Source of the DNA: Amoebidium appalachense
Taxonomy: Eukaryota > Protista > Ichthyosporea
DNA: 64,000 bases
Direction of reading: 5' to 3'
NCBI GenBank assembly: GCA_963693365.1
Contig: CAVNZM010000001.1
Span: 1,052,054-1,116,053 of the forward strand
The notes below the pieces were generated by a model. The model made no database searches. It was not told the origin of the DNA and saw nothing but the letters and a program-made list of their open reading frames with translations. Shown in pieces: positions 49,221 to 63,717 of the stretch (position 1 is the first letter of the stretch; each line of letters starts with the position of its first letter). Both the position numbers and the translations under genes were made by a program.

Positions 49221-49515
49221 CTCCCGGCTGGTGTTGTTAAAGTGAGCTGTGCTCACTTCCCCACTAGCGTTGCTGCGGCTAGAACCGTGGGATAAGGCGT
49301 AACTAAAAATAGTGCCAGTTGGGGTCAGACTTATGAGTGTGCTATACAGTACGATCTGTGTCTAGGCGGAAGACGGTAAGCTCCCCTGAGGCAGTGCCTC
49401 GCTGGGAGTGAAACGGGATAAAATAAAAATAGTAAAGGCGGTCATTATATATAAAACGACAACCCCCTCCCCTCCCCCCCCCCCCCCATCCAAGCGGACT
49501 GGTTCATGAACCAAC

Positions 49516-52500
49516 TGTTGTAATACCTAGTATTTACATGTGGTAAGATCTTATCAGTTTGTGTTATGTTTCAGTTCATATGCTTAGTGTATATGCCACA
49601 CTCCTATTATGTAAAGTGTAGCATCGATCTCCGATATGCTTGTATACTTGTAATCGTGTTGTATCGGCTTTAATCGTGTGTTGTAATATCGATTAGAATA
49701 TTTATATGTGTGTACACGGATCCACCCACTCAGGGAGAGACGTGTACATGTTCGTGTGTATGTAAATATCTCTGGTTATAGTTATGCTATTACTATCTTG
49801 TTTGTTGATCTGTGCTCTCTTTTCCTTCCTCTTTCTCCTTCCTTATTTTCTTTTCTTTCTCTCCTTGTCTTCATGTGTATAATCGTATTTCTTTTCTACT
49901 AATATATGTTAGGTAGATTTGTGTTACTTAATACGTGTTCATTGGACGGTAACACACTTAGGCTACACTTAGAATAGCATGTGTGTTTAGACTTCATTAA
50001 TTTACTTTAGTTTTCATGTGTTGCCGGGCTTTAACCAATCATCAAGGTTAAGTGTGATATGTCTGAGTCTTTGCAGTATGTCATAGGTTAGAACTTCCTT
50101 GATGATGACACGAGTTGATCTTAACTAGTGTCTGTGTCCTATCGTGTACGTCTCCGCGTACCGGATCTCTCTGAAAGCAATTGGTTCTTAGTGATTGGTT
50201 TCTATTAGAGATAGATCTGATTTCCGACTGGTCGGAAATCATGTATGGATTGGACTTAGAGGAATTTCAGGTATTTATTCGAAGATCAGAATAAATTCAG
50301 TTCAGTCGTGTCTAAACATTGATTGTCTGTTGTGTACACTGCTCCGATCGTTCCGTGTTTTGTTGTTGTGTGTGTCTGTGGTGTTTTTACACTGCACCAC
50401 TGTGTCTCTGCTTTCATCCCAAATATTTATACAATTTTAACAGGTTATGCAGCCCTTTTGCACGCTCCCTACACACATCTAGAACTAGCGATCGTTTTTC
50501 AATCATGGATCCAAACAAAACTGGTGTAAACAAAATAACCATGTGGAAAGGTGAAGGGAAGACTGGTCCCGATAGCAAAACCACCTATTTTCAATGGGAA
50601 ATCATTTTTCTCGGCATGATGACCGGCACTAAAGGTGTCCGACTCGTGGATGTTGTACTTGCTGACAACTACGTCCCCCCTACCACCGTCGCGGTTGACG
50701 GTGAACCCCCCTTCTACGGCTACGGCACTACCGCGGAACTCAAGGAGGCCCGCAATTGCCTCCTGCTCCATATGATTCAGAACATCGACCCTTCCGTCCT
50801 CACCACCGTTGCCCAGTACCGTATTGGCATGGACCCTGAACGGGCCATGTGGAAATTCCGTCAACACTACCTCCAAGGCAAACCCGATCAGATCCGCATC
50901 CTTCACCGTCAGTGGGATGCCTGTGCCCTTCCGCCCGGTGAATCATTCACCACCTACCTGAGTCGTCTGCAGACCATCGTGAACCAGCTCCAGTCCCTCC
51001 AAGATGAGTCCATTCACTTCACTCGTCTAGCTGAGAAGTTCTTCAATGAACTCACCACCAGAGACGACCTCACCCTTGAGTTCAACCGTCTTATCGAAGA
51101 CTATCACTTCGGTGATAAGCTATTCCCCGACTTCGAGTCCCTCCACAACCACGACAAGGGCATCGAGCTACGTCAAGACCTCAAGATGCAACTCTGGAGC
51201 AACCGTGCCCACCGTGCCTCCAAGTCCAGCATGGCATTAAATGCCAGTGCTCCCCCCCGTGATCTTCCTCGCCGTGACTTACGCAACCGACTTGACCGTA
51301 CCCCTGGCACGGACCTCCGAACTCGTCTCTCCCGTCAGCACACCCGATCCCGTTCCCCCCACCGGCCTGCCTTCCGGTCCACGTCTCGTTCCCCCAGTCG
51401 TTCCCGTTTCTCGGGTTCCCGTCGTTCTGATTCCCCGGCTCGTTCTAACAACCCGTCCGTGAAAGCATGCTCCTACTGCCACGAGCCTGATCACACGATC
51501 ATCGATTGCCCCGAGCCGAAATGCCGTATGTCCAGACACAACCGTTCCCGTCAAGGCAGTGAGAAATCTGTCTCCTTTGCCTTCTCGGCATACAATGCTA
51601 GCTCCGTCCCCGTGTCCTCCGACCCTGCCTGGGATTCCGGGTGCAACATGACTGTCTGCCCCACCCGTGAGTTCTTCCATGACCTCACTCCCCTTCCGAC
51701 ACCGACTCCCGTTGCTGCCTTCAATGGCACCCCCGTCTTGGCCACCCACACCGGCCATATCGTCATCAACACCACCACCGACCATGGCACTGCCACCCTT
51801 ACCATTGAAGCCTAGTACTACACCCCGTCTGGCCAAGCCTTCCTCATTTCAACATCCCAAGCTGCTGCCGAATACATCAAGGGTGATTTGAATGATGCCT
51901 CCACTCCGTCATTCCTCGTCGACCGACTCACCGGCCGTCATCTCGTCAACCTCCGTCTACACAACGGTCTGTATTACTTCAAGGACTACACCATTCAACC
52001 ACCCACTCGTCCTGTGGCTCTGGCTGCCACTACCAGTGTTAATCCATCCATCTGGCACCATCGTCTGGGGCGGTCTCCCCTCGTCTGTCCTCGACTGTGA
52101 TGTTCCTGATTGTCATGGCTGCATTATGGGTAAAACCACCAAGGCTCCGTTCAAGGGTGACCGTCCTCACTCCAACATCCCCGGTCATGAATGGCATTGG
52201 GATTTTTTTGAGCCTACCACAACATCGTACGGAGGTTCCAAGGTTGCTCTCGTCACTGTCTGCCGTGCCTCTGGACTCGTCAAGATCTACCCGATGGCCG
52301 ACCGTACAACCACCCTGGACATTCTCACAGCTCACACCAACCTCGTTGCTACCCATGCCCCCTCCAAAGTTGGTGTCTACCACTTCGACTCCGGCTCTGA
52401 GTTCACCTCCAAGGCTACCCGTGCTTTTTGCCTCTCCCAGGGCATCAAGGCCAGCTATGCTCCGGTGGACTGCCCTCAACTGAACGGCTATGTTGAACGT

Positions 52501-55117
52501 CGTATGCGGTTCCTCCAAGAGATTGTTCGTTCCCTCCTCCATCAAGTCCAAGATCAGTCTCTGTCCCCCAAACTGTGGGCTGAGGCCCTCCAACATGCCG
52601 CCTACATCATCAACGTCACCCCGTCCACGACTGCCAATGGTCGTACACCATTCGAGGTTTTCTACGGTGTCAAGCCCGACATCTCCGAGCTCAAAGTGTT
52701 CGGTTGCCCTGCCTACACTCATGTGCCAGCCTCTAAACGGAAAAACAAGCTGGCCCCCACCGTCAAACTCGGCATGTATATCGGCTATGATCTTCAATCA
52801 CACTGCCACCGGATCTTCAACCCCACCACCCATGATCGTGTCGGCCTCTTCCGTGATGTGATCTTCGACGAATCAGCTTATCTCCCGTCCGACATTCCAT
52901 CAACACTTCCGACCCCCGACACCACTGCTACCTCGACCACCCCACCCCCCACAGTTGACACTGAAGATGATGTTTGTCTGGTGTACTCTGGCCCCCCTCC
53001 TGCCATCATCGTTCCCCCGACACCCCCCCCCACCGGCCCCCCTGCCCCCGTGCCCGTCCAGCCTGCCGACCCTCATCCTGCCCCTGGCAACGTCACACCC
53101 ATCCGACCCGGCTCCCCCGACAAACTTCCACTCGGCCCCGTCCAGCCCGGAGGTTGCCCCCCCTGCAATTCCGAACTTCCAAGTTCCCCCCCCCCCCCGT
53201 CTCCACCTCCCCCGGTTCCTGCACCCCGTCGTTCTGCCCGTCTACAGGGCAAGGTTGGACTTCAAGCCACCACCACCCTGCCAGTCCCCCCCGGTCCCCC
53301 CATCAACATCGACCAACTACCCAAACTTGTCCGTCAACTGTGTTCCGGATGTTAAATTAGATAATTATTTGGGATGAAAGCAGAGACACAGTGGTGCAGT
53401 GTGAAAACACCACAAACACACACAACGACAAAGCACGAAACGATCGGAGCAGTGTACACAACAGACATCAATGTTTAGACACGACTGAACTGAATTTATT
53501 CTGATCTTCGAATAAATACCTGAAATTCCTCTAAGTCCAATCCATACATGATTTCCGACCAGTCGGAAATCAGATCTATCTCTAATAGAAACCAATCACT
53601 AAGAACCAATTGCTTTCAGAGAGATCCGGTACGCGGAGACGTACACGATAGGACACAGACACTAGTTAAGATCAACTCGTGTCATCATCAAGGAAGTTCT
53701 AACCTATGACATACTGCAAAGACTCAGACATATCACACTTAACCTTGATGATTGGTTAAAGCCCGGCAACACATGAAAACTAAAGTAAATTAATAAAGTC
53801 TAATCACACATGCTATTCTAAGTGTAGCCTAAGTGTGTTACCGTCCAATGAACACGTATTAAGTAACACAAATCTACCTAACATATATTAGTAGAAAAGA
53901 AATACGATTATACACATGAAGACAAAGAGAGAAAGAAAAGAAAACAAGGAAGGAGAAAGAGGAAGGAAAAGAGAGCACAGATCAACAAACAAGATAGTAA
54001 TAGCATAACTATAACCAGAGATATTTATGTACACACGAACATGTACACGTCTCTCCCTGAGTGGGTGGATCCGTGTACACACATATAAATATTCTAATCG
54101 ATATTACAACACACGATTAAAGCCGATACAAGACGATTACAAGTATACAAGCATATCGGAGATCGATGCTACACTTTTCGTAATAGGAGTGTAGCTTTTA
54201 CACTAAGCATATGAACTGAAACATAACACAAACTGAGAAGATCTTACCATATGTAAATACTACGTATTACAACACCGGACCCAATGGTGACCAGGTCAAG
54301 TCAGCCCTCACTGCTGAGTATCAAGCCTTCCTCGACAAAGACATCTTTGAACTTTTTGACCCTCCCCCTGGTGCTAACATCGTCGGCTTCAAGTGGATTG
54401 TCTCCGAGCAAACTCTCAACTCGGCTGGTGACACCAAGATCAAGGCCCGTGGTGTTGCTCAAGGCTTCAGTCAGCAATACGGTGTTGACTATGAGTTGAT
54501 TGAGACCCCTGTCATCCGTCCGGCTGCTCTCCGTTCCATCAACTCGACGTGTCTACGGCCTTTCTCAACAGCCCACTCACCAAGACCATCTACATGAAAC
54601 CACCCCCGGGATTCATCACCATGGCCACACTTGGCAAGGTCTGGAGACTCAAGAAAGCCCTGTACGGCCTCAAGCAAGCCTCCAAGGCTTGGTACGACTT
54701 CCTCGACGGCATTCTTCTTGCCCATGGCCTGACCCGTACTAAGACAGACCCGTGCATCTACCTCCGGTTCTTCCCCAACAACGATGTGGTTCGGGCTGGT
54801 AACTACGTCGACGACTCCACCATCACCAACACCCGGGGTTCTACTGCTGCCAGTGACCTTGCTGCCCACATCAGCAAGATGGCCAGCTGTCGTATGAGTC
54901 CATTTGACCGTATGCTCGGTGTTGATTTTAATCACTCTGATCCCCATCACCTCCACATGCACCAGAGGTCTTACATCATGGATATCATCCACGACTTCAA
55001 CTTCACCGATGCCAAGTCCAAGTCTACCCCCATCCCTGCAGGCACCACCGTCTCCCTAGCTGACTGCCCCCCCCAACCGTTCACCGTGCCCTACCGTGAG
55101 TTACTCGGCCGTCTCCT
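49516..55117 (+). mobile_element. Copia-B3, degenerate and 3'-truncated
   Basis: 5' LTR 49516-50442, PBS at 50443, and gag-pol with a stop and deletions. It is interrupted by a solo LTR and broken at a LINE-gamma fragment. Confidence 0.92.
53350..54274 (-). repeat. Solo LTR-B inserted antisense into Copia-B3
   Basis: 925 bp, TG...CA, TSD CCGGA on both sides. Confidence 0.96.
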
Positions 55118-56326
55118 CGAGCCAACTCTACCCTCTTTTCGACCATATGGGGAAACATAACACCAACAGAATCAACCGGAACCCCAAGATATTTGTATTC
55201 TGGAACTATAGGTACAGGTTTAGATGATAATGTAAATGTGTGTAAATTGTTGGCTATATCAGGTACAAGAACACCACATTTGTCTATGTTAAGGATCATA
55301 AGGTTTGCCTTGCACCACTCTGACACTACATCGAACAATCTTTGCAGGCGTCTAGGGGTACGGGCAAGGAGGGACAGATCATCAGCATAGAGAAGTGCAG
55401 GCGGAAAGTTATTAATAGGGTCATCGTTTTCGGCGTAAATCTTGACAGCCAAATCATCTATAAATAGGTTAAACAAAAAGGGGCTAAGCAATGAACCCTG
55501 CAAGCGACCTCTAGTACGAGCAAAACCATATGAAAGATGCCCATTAACCACAGCTCTACCATAGGTTTGAGACAAGAGTGCTTCTAACAGAACACCAATG
55601 CAGTGTGGTACACCCCGTGCAGCAAGCTTTTCCCATAGGAGACCAGGGGAGACAGAATCGTAAGCAGTTTTCCAATCAATAAAGCCAACATATCGTGCAC
55701 CAACTTGCATAGAATCGTGCAGTGCCATTATTTGAACATAACATGAATTGTTTTTACGAAAAGCGGATTGGCATGGGTGTATGTGAAGAATAGATTGAAA
55801 CCTAGGGTGATGTGCAAATAACGTAAGTAAGCAAGCTTCAAAGAATCTACGAACAACCTGGGTTAGTGTAATGGGGCGAAAGGATGATATGGGGCCCTCA
55901 GAGTCCTTCTTAACTATGGGGATCACTAAGGTATCTAACCAAGATGACGGGGTCATGTCCACATTTAACACACCAGGAAAAGAGAGAGCTTAACATGATA
56001 GTAAGATCAGGTTTAATAGCACGATCACTTTCCTTTTGTGGGTAGGAAGGAACAAGGATTTTAAGAAACCCAGCAGGGAGTCCATCAGGTCCACAAGACT
56101 TACTATTAAGTCTAGAGCTATAACTAGATATCACAGACCATATGGTATCGGGACTGAAAAAGGGGAGGATCGATTCAATGGGGATAGATGGGTCTACAGG
56201 CCACACAATAGGTTTCTGCATCAGATGTGAGCGGGGGTCCTATCTTTAAACAGTTCCGAGAAATTCTTATCAGAGTCTATGAGGGGGTCTCCAGTGGTAT
56301 TACCAATAATACGAGCAGGGGGGCCA
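55118..56326 (-). pseudogene. LINE-gamma RT fragment, second copy
   Basis: Near-identical to 14888-15943 plus 20585-20669, with small indels. Confidence 0.9.
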
Positions 56327-57514
56327 GAGAGCAGGAAGGTAAGGGTGAAGGTGAAGGTCTTCGTAAGTATGGTAAGAAATGGTTGCCTCTTTTCATTGGT
56401 CCGTATGAAATAGTGGCTAGGTTAGGTCCGACGGAACATAAGGTGCAGAGGTTGGATAATGAGAGTGATGTTAGATATTATAATGTAGATGATATAAAGG
56501 AATATTAGGGCCCTTAGGGTAAAACGGCCGGAGGGCCGTCGAGTGTTAGATGCATTCACCCCCGACTATGACGGGTCGGTGGATGTATCGGAGGCTGCAG
56601 AAGATAAAATTATGGATAAAAAGGTTATCGAACTTGAAGGTAAGGAAGGTAAGGTAAATTATTATTTAATTCGTTTTGAGGGAGGTTATCAGGAAGATCA
56701 GTGGTTGCCTGAGTTTCATTTGGATTGCCCGTTTTCTATTCGTGCTTATGAGGCTAGGTTAGTGCAGAGGGAGTTGCCTACTGCTCCTGTTATAGCTCCC
56801 TCTAGGCCGAAGAGAGTTATTCCTCAGTTTAATCGTGGTGTGAAAAAGTCGGTGAGGGAGGGGGCCGGGGGGGAAGTGATGCAAATACACGTAGACACAC
56901 GGGGGGAGGGGGAGGGAGGGGGGGAGATCGAGGAGGAGTGTGAACGTAGTCGTAGGAATTTAATTTATTATCATAGGTGTCTCCGTAGGTATCAAGCTTA
57001 TGGTGTAGATTAATTTATTATTAATCTTCGTAATTTATTTAATTTAATTTTTTTTGGGAGACTGATTAGTCTATGTCTGTTTAGGGGGTTTTAGATGTAA
57101 TGTGACTGAGGTGGGGCTCAGCTTTTCTGGGGGCCGGGGGGCCCGGGGGGGGGGGGGGGGTTGACATATACTAATCCGTCTCAGCAGATCAGCCTAAGTC
57201 TACAATCGGGATCGGGGGGGGGGGGGGGGGGGTAGGCCCGGGTCCACTAATCATCAAGATCAAGTCCGGGGCCTCAAGATAGCTGTACAGCTGCAAGCAT
57301 CTTGCCTCTGCCGGCGCAGGGCAGGACCCCGTCAGCTGGAGCAGCCAACCAATAGAATTCTAATTAGTGTGTAGGATAGATCATAGGAGGACTTTGGAAT
57401 GTGATAAGTTCGGGCAGAAGGCCTTTGTAAATATTGGCAAGTTTTGATAGTGTATGCTGCCAAACGTATTTATATATTTCGATGTAGAGGAAGGGGGGGG
57501 GGGGGGGGGGGAAG
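56327..57514 (+). mobile_element. Gypsy 3' fragment (IN C-terminus, chromodomain, partial LTR)
   Basis: Homologous to ~30082-31250. Confidence 0.88.
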
Positions 57515-57667
57515 TGTCATCTACCCATGATTAACGGCAAGACTTAGAAGTTGAGTTATATACATGTTTATTAGTTTGTTGTAGTTCGTTTCCTTTTCCC
57601 TTTTCCTTCCTTCCTTTCTTCCTTTCCTTACCGTTTCCGTGTGCACAGATACCTTAGATCTGTGTAC
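57515..57667 (+). repeat. LTR-A-like 5' fragment
   Basis: TGTCATCTACCCATGATTAACGGCAAGAC is the same variant as 33965(-). Confidence 0.75.
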
Positions 57668-60585
57668 TGTTGAAGTACGTAGTTTGTACATGTGTAAGAT
57701 CTTTCAGTTTGTGTTTATGATTCAGTTCATAGCATTAATGTAAAAGCCACCCTCCTTGTTCGTAAAATTGTTAATCGATCTCAAATATGTTTTCGTGTCT
57801 GTAATCGTGTCTTATTGGCTCTAATCGTGTGTTGATCTAAAGATTAGAATATAGATATGTGCCTGCACGAATCCACTCAGTAGGAGTGCTCGTGCACATG
57901 TTTGTGTGTACATGAATATCTTATGTTGTAACTGTGCTATCGTGTTCATGTTTGTTGTTCTGTGTTCCTCTCTTTTTCTCTCTTCTCTTCTTCTCTTTTC
58001 TTTCCTCCTTTTCCCTGGTGTTCATGTGTGTGATCACTGTTCTTTCTCACTAATATACGTTGAGTCAATTCGTGTGAAGTAGATGTGTTTTGATTGAAAG
58101 AAAAACACATAGGCTACACCATGTACTATTTTATGTGTCAATAGTTTATTCAACTATGTTTGTTTTGCGAATTGCCGCGGTCTAACCAATCACTAGACTA
58201 GTCATAACGTGTCCCTGCCGTTAACCTCAATAATAGGTTAGAAATTAGTGTCAAGGTTTACAGTTTCTTCGTGACTGTGTTCTTATGCCTTGCCGTGATC
58301 TATTGCGAGTGTTGGATCTCTTGCTGTAGTGATCAGTCCATTATGATTGGTCTATCCGATATCTATTCTGATTTCCGACTGGTCTGAAATCACACATAGG
58401 TTTGACTTAGTGATTGCAGTTATATAAGCACATCTCAAAATAAATTCAGTTCAGTTGTGTCTAAACATTGATGTCTGTTCTGTACACTTCTCCGATCGGT
58501 TCCGTCTGTGTGTTTGTCTGTGTGTCTGTGGTGTTTTTACACTGCACCACTGTGTCTCTGCTTCCCCGACATAGTCAGAATACTTATAAATTTTTTCAGG
58601 TTATGCTGCCCTTTTTGCACGCTCTCTATACACACATCACCACCGCGATCGCCCACCAGCGCGCTAGTCCACCATGGATCCCATCAAGTCCGGCGTAAAC
58701 AAAATCACCATGTGGAAGGGTGAAGGCAAGACCGGCCCTGACTACAAGACCACCTACTTCCAATGGACAGAAATCATTTTCCTCGGCATGATGACCGGCA
58801 CCAAAGGTGCCCTACTTGTGGACGTTTGTTCTCGCTGACAACTACGTTCCACCCAACACCGCCGCCATTGATGGTGTGCTTCCCTTCTACGGTTACGCTA
58901 CTGCGGCTGAACTCAAGGACGCCCGCAACTGCTTACTTCTTCACATGATCCAGAACATCGACCCGTCTGTCCTCACCACCGTCGCCCAGTACCGTATCGG
59001 CATGGACCCTGAACGGGCCATGTGGAAGTTCCGACAACACTACCTCCAAGGCAAACCCGACCAGGTCCGTCTCCTCCGTCGCGAGTGGGATGCCTGCTCC
59101 CTCAAGTCCAGTGAGACATTCACTGACTACCTCCAGCGTCTCCAAACCATCGTCACCCAGCTTCTGTCCCTGCAAGATGACTCAGTCACATTCACCCATC
59201 TGGCAGAGAAGTTCTTTAATGAACTTACCACCCGTGACGATCTCACCAGTGTATTCAGCCGTCTACTCGAAGACTACCACTTCGGAGATAAGCTCTTCTC
59301 CGACTTTGAGACTCTGCACAACCACGTGAAAGGCATTGAGCTACGCCAACAACTCAAGACTAAACTCCGTACCAGCCGTGACCCCCGCAGCTCCACCACC
59401 AGCATGGCTTTGACTGCCCGTGCTCCCCCCGAGATCTTCCTCGCCGTGACTTACGCCACCGCATCAACAAACCACCCAGTGCTGATCTCCGTACTCATTT
59501 CTCCCGTCAGCACACCCGTTCCCGTTCACCCCACCGGCCTACCTTCCGGTCCATGTCCCGTTCCCCGAGCCGTTCCCGTTTCCCTGACCCCCGCCGTTCC
59601 GTTCACCCGGCTCGTTCCAACACCCCGGCCAACTCCTGCTTGTACTGCCGTGAACCTTGCCACCAGATTACCAACTGCCCTGAACCTGGCTGCCGTGTTG
59701 CCAGAAACGCCCGCAACACCAACAAGTCCGTCTCCTTTGCCTTCTCAGCTTACAATGTCAGCTCAGTCCCCGTGTCGTCCGACCCGGCCTGGGATTCCGG
59801 TTGCAACATGACTGTTTGCCCCCACCGTGAGTTCTTCCAGGACCTCACCCCCCTCCCAGCCCCTACCCCAGTTGCTGCCTTCAACGGTATCCCCGTCTTG
59901 GCTACCCACCAGGGCCATATCACCCTCAACACCATAACCATCCACGGCACCAACACCCTCACCATTGAGGCCTACTACACACCGTCCGGTCAGGCCTTCC
60001 TCATCTCCACATCTCAGGCTGCTGCTGAATACATCAAGGGTGACCTCAACGATGCCTCCACCCCGTCGTTCTTATTTGACCGACACACCGGCCGTCACCT
60101 CGTCAACCTCCGTCTGTACAACGGTCTGTACTACTTCACAGACTACACCATTAAACCCCCAGCCAGTCCAGTAGCTCTGGCTGCCACCACCAGTGTTCAT
60201 CCCTCCATCTGGCATTATCGTCTCGGACACCGTGCCATGACCGGCATCAAGGAGATGATCACCAAGGACCTCGTCATTGGCCTCCCCGACTCCGTACTTG
60301 ACTGTGCCGTCCCTGATTGCCATGGCTGCATGATGGGCAAAACTACCAAGGCTCCATTCAAGGGTGACCGTCCTCACTCTGCTGTCCCCGGCTATGAGTG
60401 GCACTGGGACTTCTTTGAGCCTTCCACCACGTCGTACGGAGGTTCCAAGGTTGCTCTCGTTACCGTGTGCCGTGCCTCTGGTCTCGTGAAGATCTACCCC
60501 ATGGCTGACCGTTCATCTACCCTGGATGTCATCAAGTCCCACACCCACCTTGTGTCCAATCATGCCTCTTCCACCGTGGGTGTCT
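57668..60585 (+). mobile_element. Copia-D (diverged sister of B), 5' LTR plus frameshifted gag-PR-IN, truncated
   Basis: LTR 57668-58598, PBS GGTTATGCTGCCC, and a B-like protein (AWDSGC, WHYRLGH). Confidence 0.88.
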
Positions 60586-61113
60586 TGTCATCTTCACTTG
60601 ATTCTCAGCAAGACTTAGAAGTTAAGTTTTGTATTTGTTTATTAGTTTGTTGTAGTTTGTTTCCTTTTCCTTTCTTCATTTCATTAGTTAGTATTATTAG
60701 GCTACAAGGTTGCTCTGGTGTGTGTTTGTGATGCCACCGGTTACACCACCGTGTTCCCCCTCTACAACCGTGGTGAAACCCTCAGCTACATTCAGTCTCT
60801 CGTTGAAACCATCGAACGTCAGACACCTGAGATCGTCACCCATCTTCGGTTTGACTCCGGCTCTGAGTTCACCTCCAGGGACACCGAGGCCTACTGCAAG
60901 CAGAAAGGCATCATCATGGAGTTTGCCCCCGTCGACACACCACAGCACAACGGTGTTGTTGAACGGAAGATGAGAGAACTGCAAGAGACAGTCCGTTGCT
61001 TCCTCCATGCCGACAAGGACCAACCTCTCTCTCCTAAGTTGTGGGTTGCTGCTCTCAAGCATGCTGGCTACATCATCAACGTCACACCGTCATCTGCTGC
61101 CAACGGCAACACT
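60586..61113 (+). pseudogene. Copia-A LTR start fused to an integrase-core fragment
   Basis: TGTCATCTTCACTTG at 60586, then RFDSGSEF...NGVVER from ~60699. Confidence 0.85.
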
Positions 61114-62094
<981 letters not shown>

Positions 62095-62356
62095 TCCCCA
62101 CTCAAGGGGTTGAAGTTTGTGTTCTCGTGTCTGTTGATGTGACGGTAGATGAGGTCCAAACACAGGAGGGGCCGTCACACTCAAGTTTCCCCACTCGAGG
62201 ATGCAAACCGAAGATCCTTGAGGTGGGAAGGAGTGTTGGAAGATGGTATCGTTATCCAGTCCGATCGCATGAATCAGATCATGATCGGCTGGTGGCCTGC
62301 GAGATCTTAACCGATCTCGTAGCTCAGTTGGTAGAGCACTCGACCGGAGATAGAGG

Positions 62357-62551
62357 GGGGTTTACGCTGTTTACTCGAGGCAAAGAGAACCAGTCTCAGG
62401 TATGGGGGGGGGGGGTTTGCTCGGAATATCCCCTCAGCGGTATATCATGATCACGTACATAGATGTCGGGTGGTGACTATATATCAGGGTTTACTTTCTC
62501 TACGAGACACCATAAAGACTACAAGGAGAAATCAATTAGTTGGGGTTCCCC

Positions 62552-62603
<52 letters not shown>

Positions 62604-62635
62604 GGGCTCCCCTCGGGACACTCGGTATCAGCTGG

Positions 62636-62702
<67 letters not shown>

Positions 62703-63267
62703 TGCGCTATAATTTTGTAGTGATGTGTTTCTCAAGCCAATCAATACATCTAATAAACAGGTCGTAGTTACGCGTGTTTAGTATAAAATCAAGGATGTTG
62801 TAATTTACAGGTAGGCTATCTTTCTGGGTGTCTGTTGTGAATGTGACGTGTGTGTGTTGCGGTATTATGTGGTCTATCAAACTACATTTGGCGATACATG
62901 ACCGGTTAAACTGGTGTGTGTGTGTGTTGTTTGGGCATGCAAATGATGCCACCTTATACTTATTAGATCTCCACTGTATAGCACGTGTACAGTAAAAGCG
63001 TGGTAATTGATCAATAATACCATCAGCTAGAGAAAGACCAGTTCTACAGGAAGGTAATATGTATTTAGGTGTTATACACTTGCGAGTGCCATATTTGGCA
63101 ATATGGTTGAGGCGGTCAGTATATATAAAACGAGACATAAGGCTTAGTTTTTCAAGGTGTATGCTTTCATCGGGTCTAGTGTCGTGTGGTATCTTTTTCC
63201 ATTTGTTATATTGCGTGATTATCTTGTGATTGTGTACATGTTTAATAAGTAAGTGGCAGTGTTTAAT
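62357..63267 (-). mobile_element. LINE-beta truncated copy inserted in the tRNA-like sequence of the TRIM 5' LTR
   Basis: Near-identical to 13532-14428, with TSD AGATAGAGGGG (62348-62358 and 63268-63278). Confidence 0.92.
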
Positions 63268-63355
63268 AGATAGAGGGGTCGCGGGTTCAAATCCCGTCGG
63301 GATCATCTTTTTCTCATCCTCTTCTCGCTGGGGTAAAAGCCAGCACGCCTTTACT

Positions 63356-63385
63356 TCTTTGCCTCGAGTAAACAGCGTAAACCCC
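63356..63385 (+). mobile_element. 30-nt LINE-beta terminal insertion
   Basis: TCTTTGCCTCGAGTAAACAGCGTAAACCCC is the reverse complement of 13532-13561. It has a 12-bp TSD CACGCCTTTACT and is absent from the sister LTR. Confidence 0.93.
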
Positions 63386-63644
63386 CACGCCTTTACTGGC
63401 GTCATCACAACCATCGGCAGTGGTTAGGTTGTGATCTCAGGGCTAGCAAGATCGCTAGTCTCTGCACCAGGACAAAATCCAAAATGGTAGCATGAACAGG
63501 GGTTCAGTGGGGACTGAGGGGGCAGTCCACCCTAACCTGATTCTGCGATTCGTCCTGAGTGGGGATGTTGGAAGATGGTATCGTTATCCAGTCCGATCGC
63601 ATGAATCAGATCATGATCGGCTGGTGGCCTGCGAGATCTTAACC

Positions 63645-63717
63645 GATCTCGTAGCTCAGTTGGTAGAGCACTCGACCGGAGATAGAGGGGTCGCGGGTTC
63701 AAATCCCGTCGGGATCA
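63645..63717 (+). tRNA. tRNA-like 73-nt cloverleaf, anticodon position GGA, atypical (C33, short variable loop); probably not a translator
   Basis: Acceptor GATCTCG/CGGGATC, D-arm GCTC/GAGC, anticodon arm CTCGA/TAGAG, T-arm GCGGG-TTCAAAT-CCCGT, followed by TCTTTTT. An interrupted twin lies at 62313-63305. Confidence 0.8.

Noticed and set aside
63645-63717. Functional tRNA-Ser(GGA)
   Set aside because: It has no long variable arm, has C33 and an anticodon-stem mismatch, and is embedded in an LTR.
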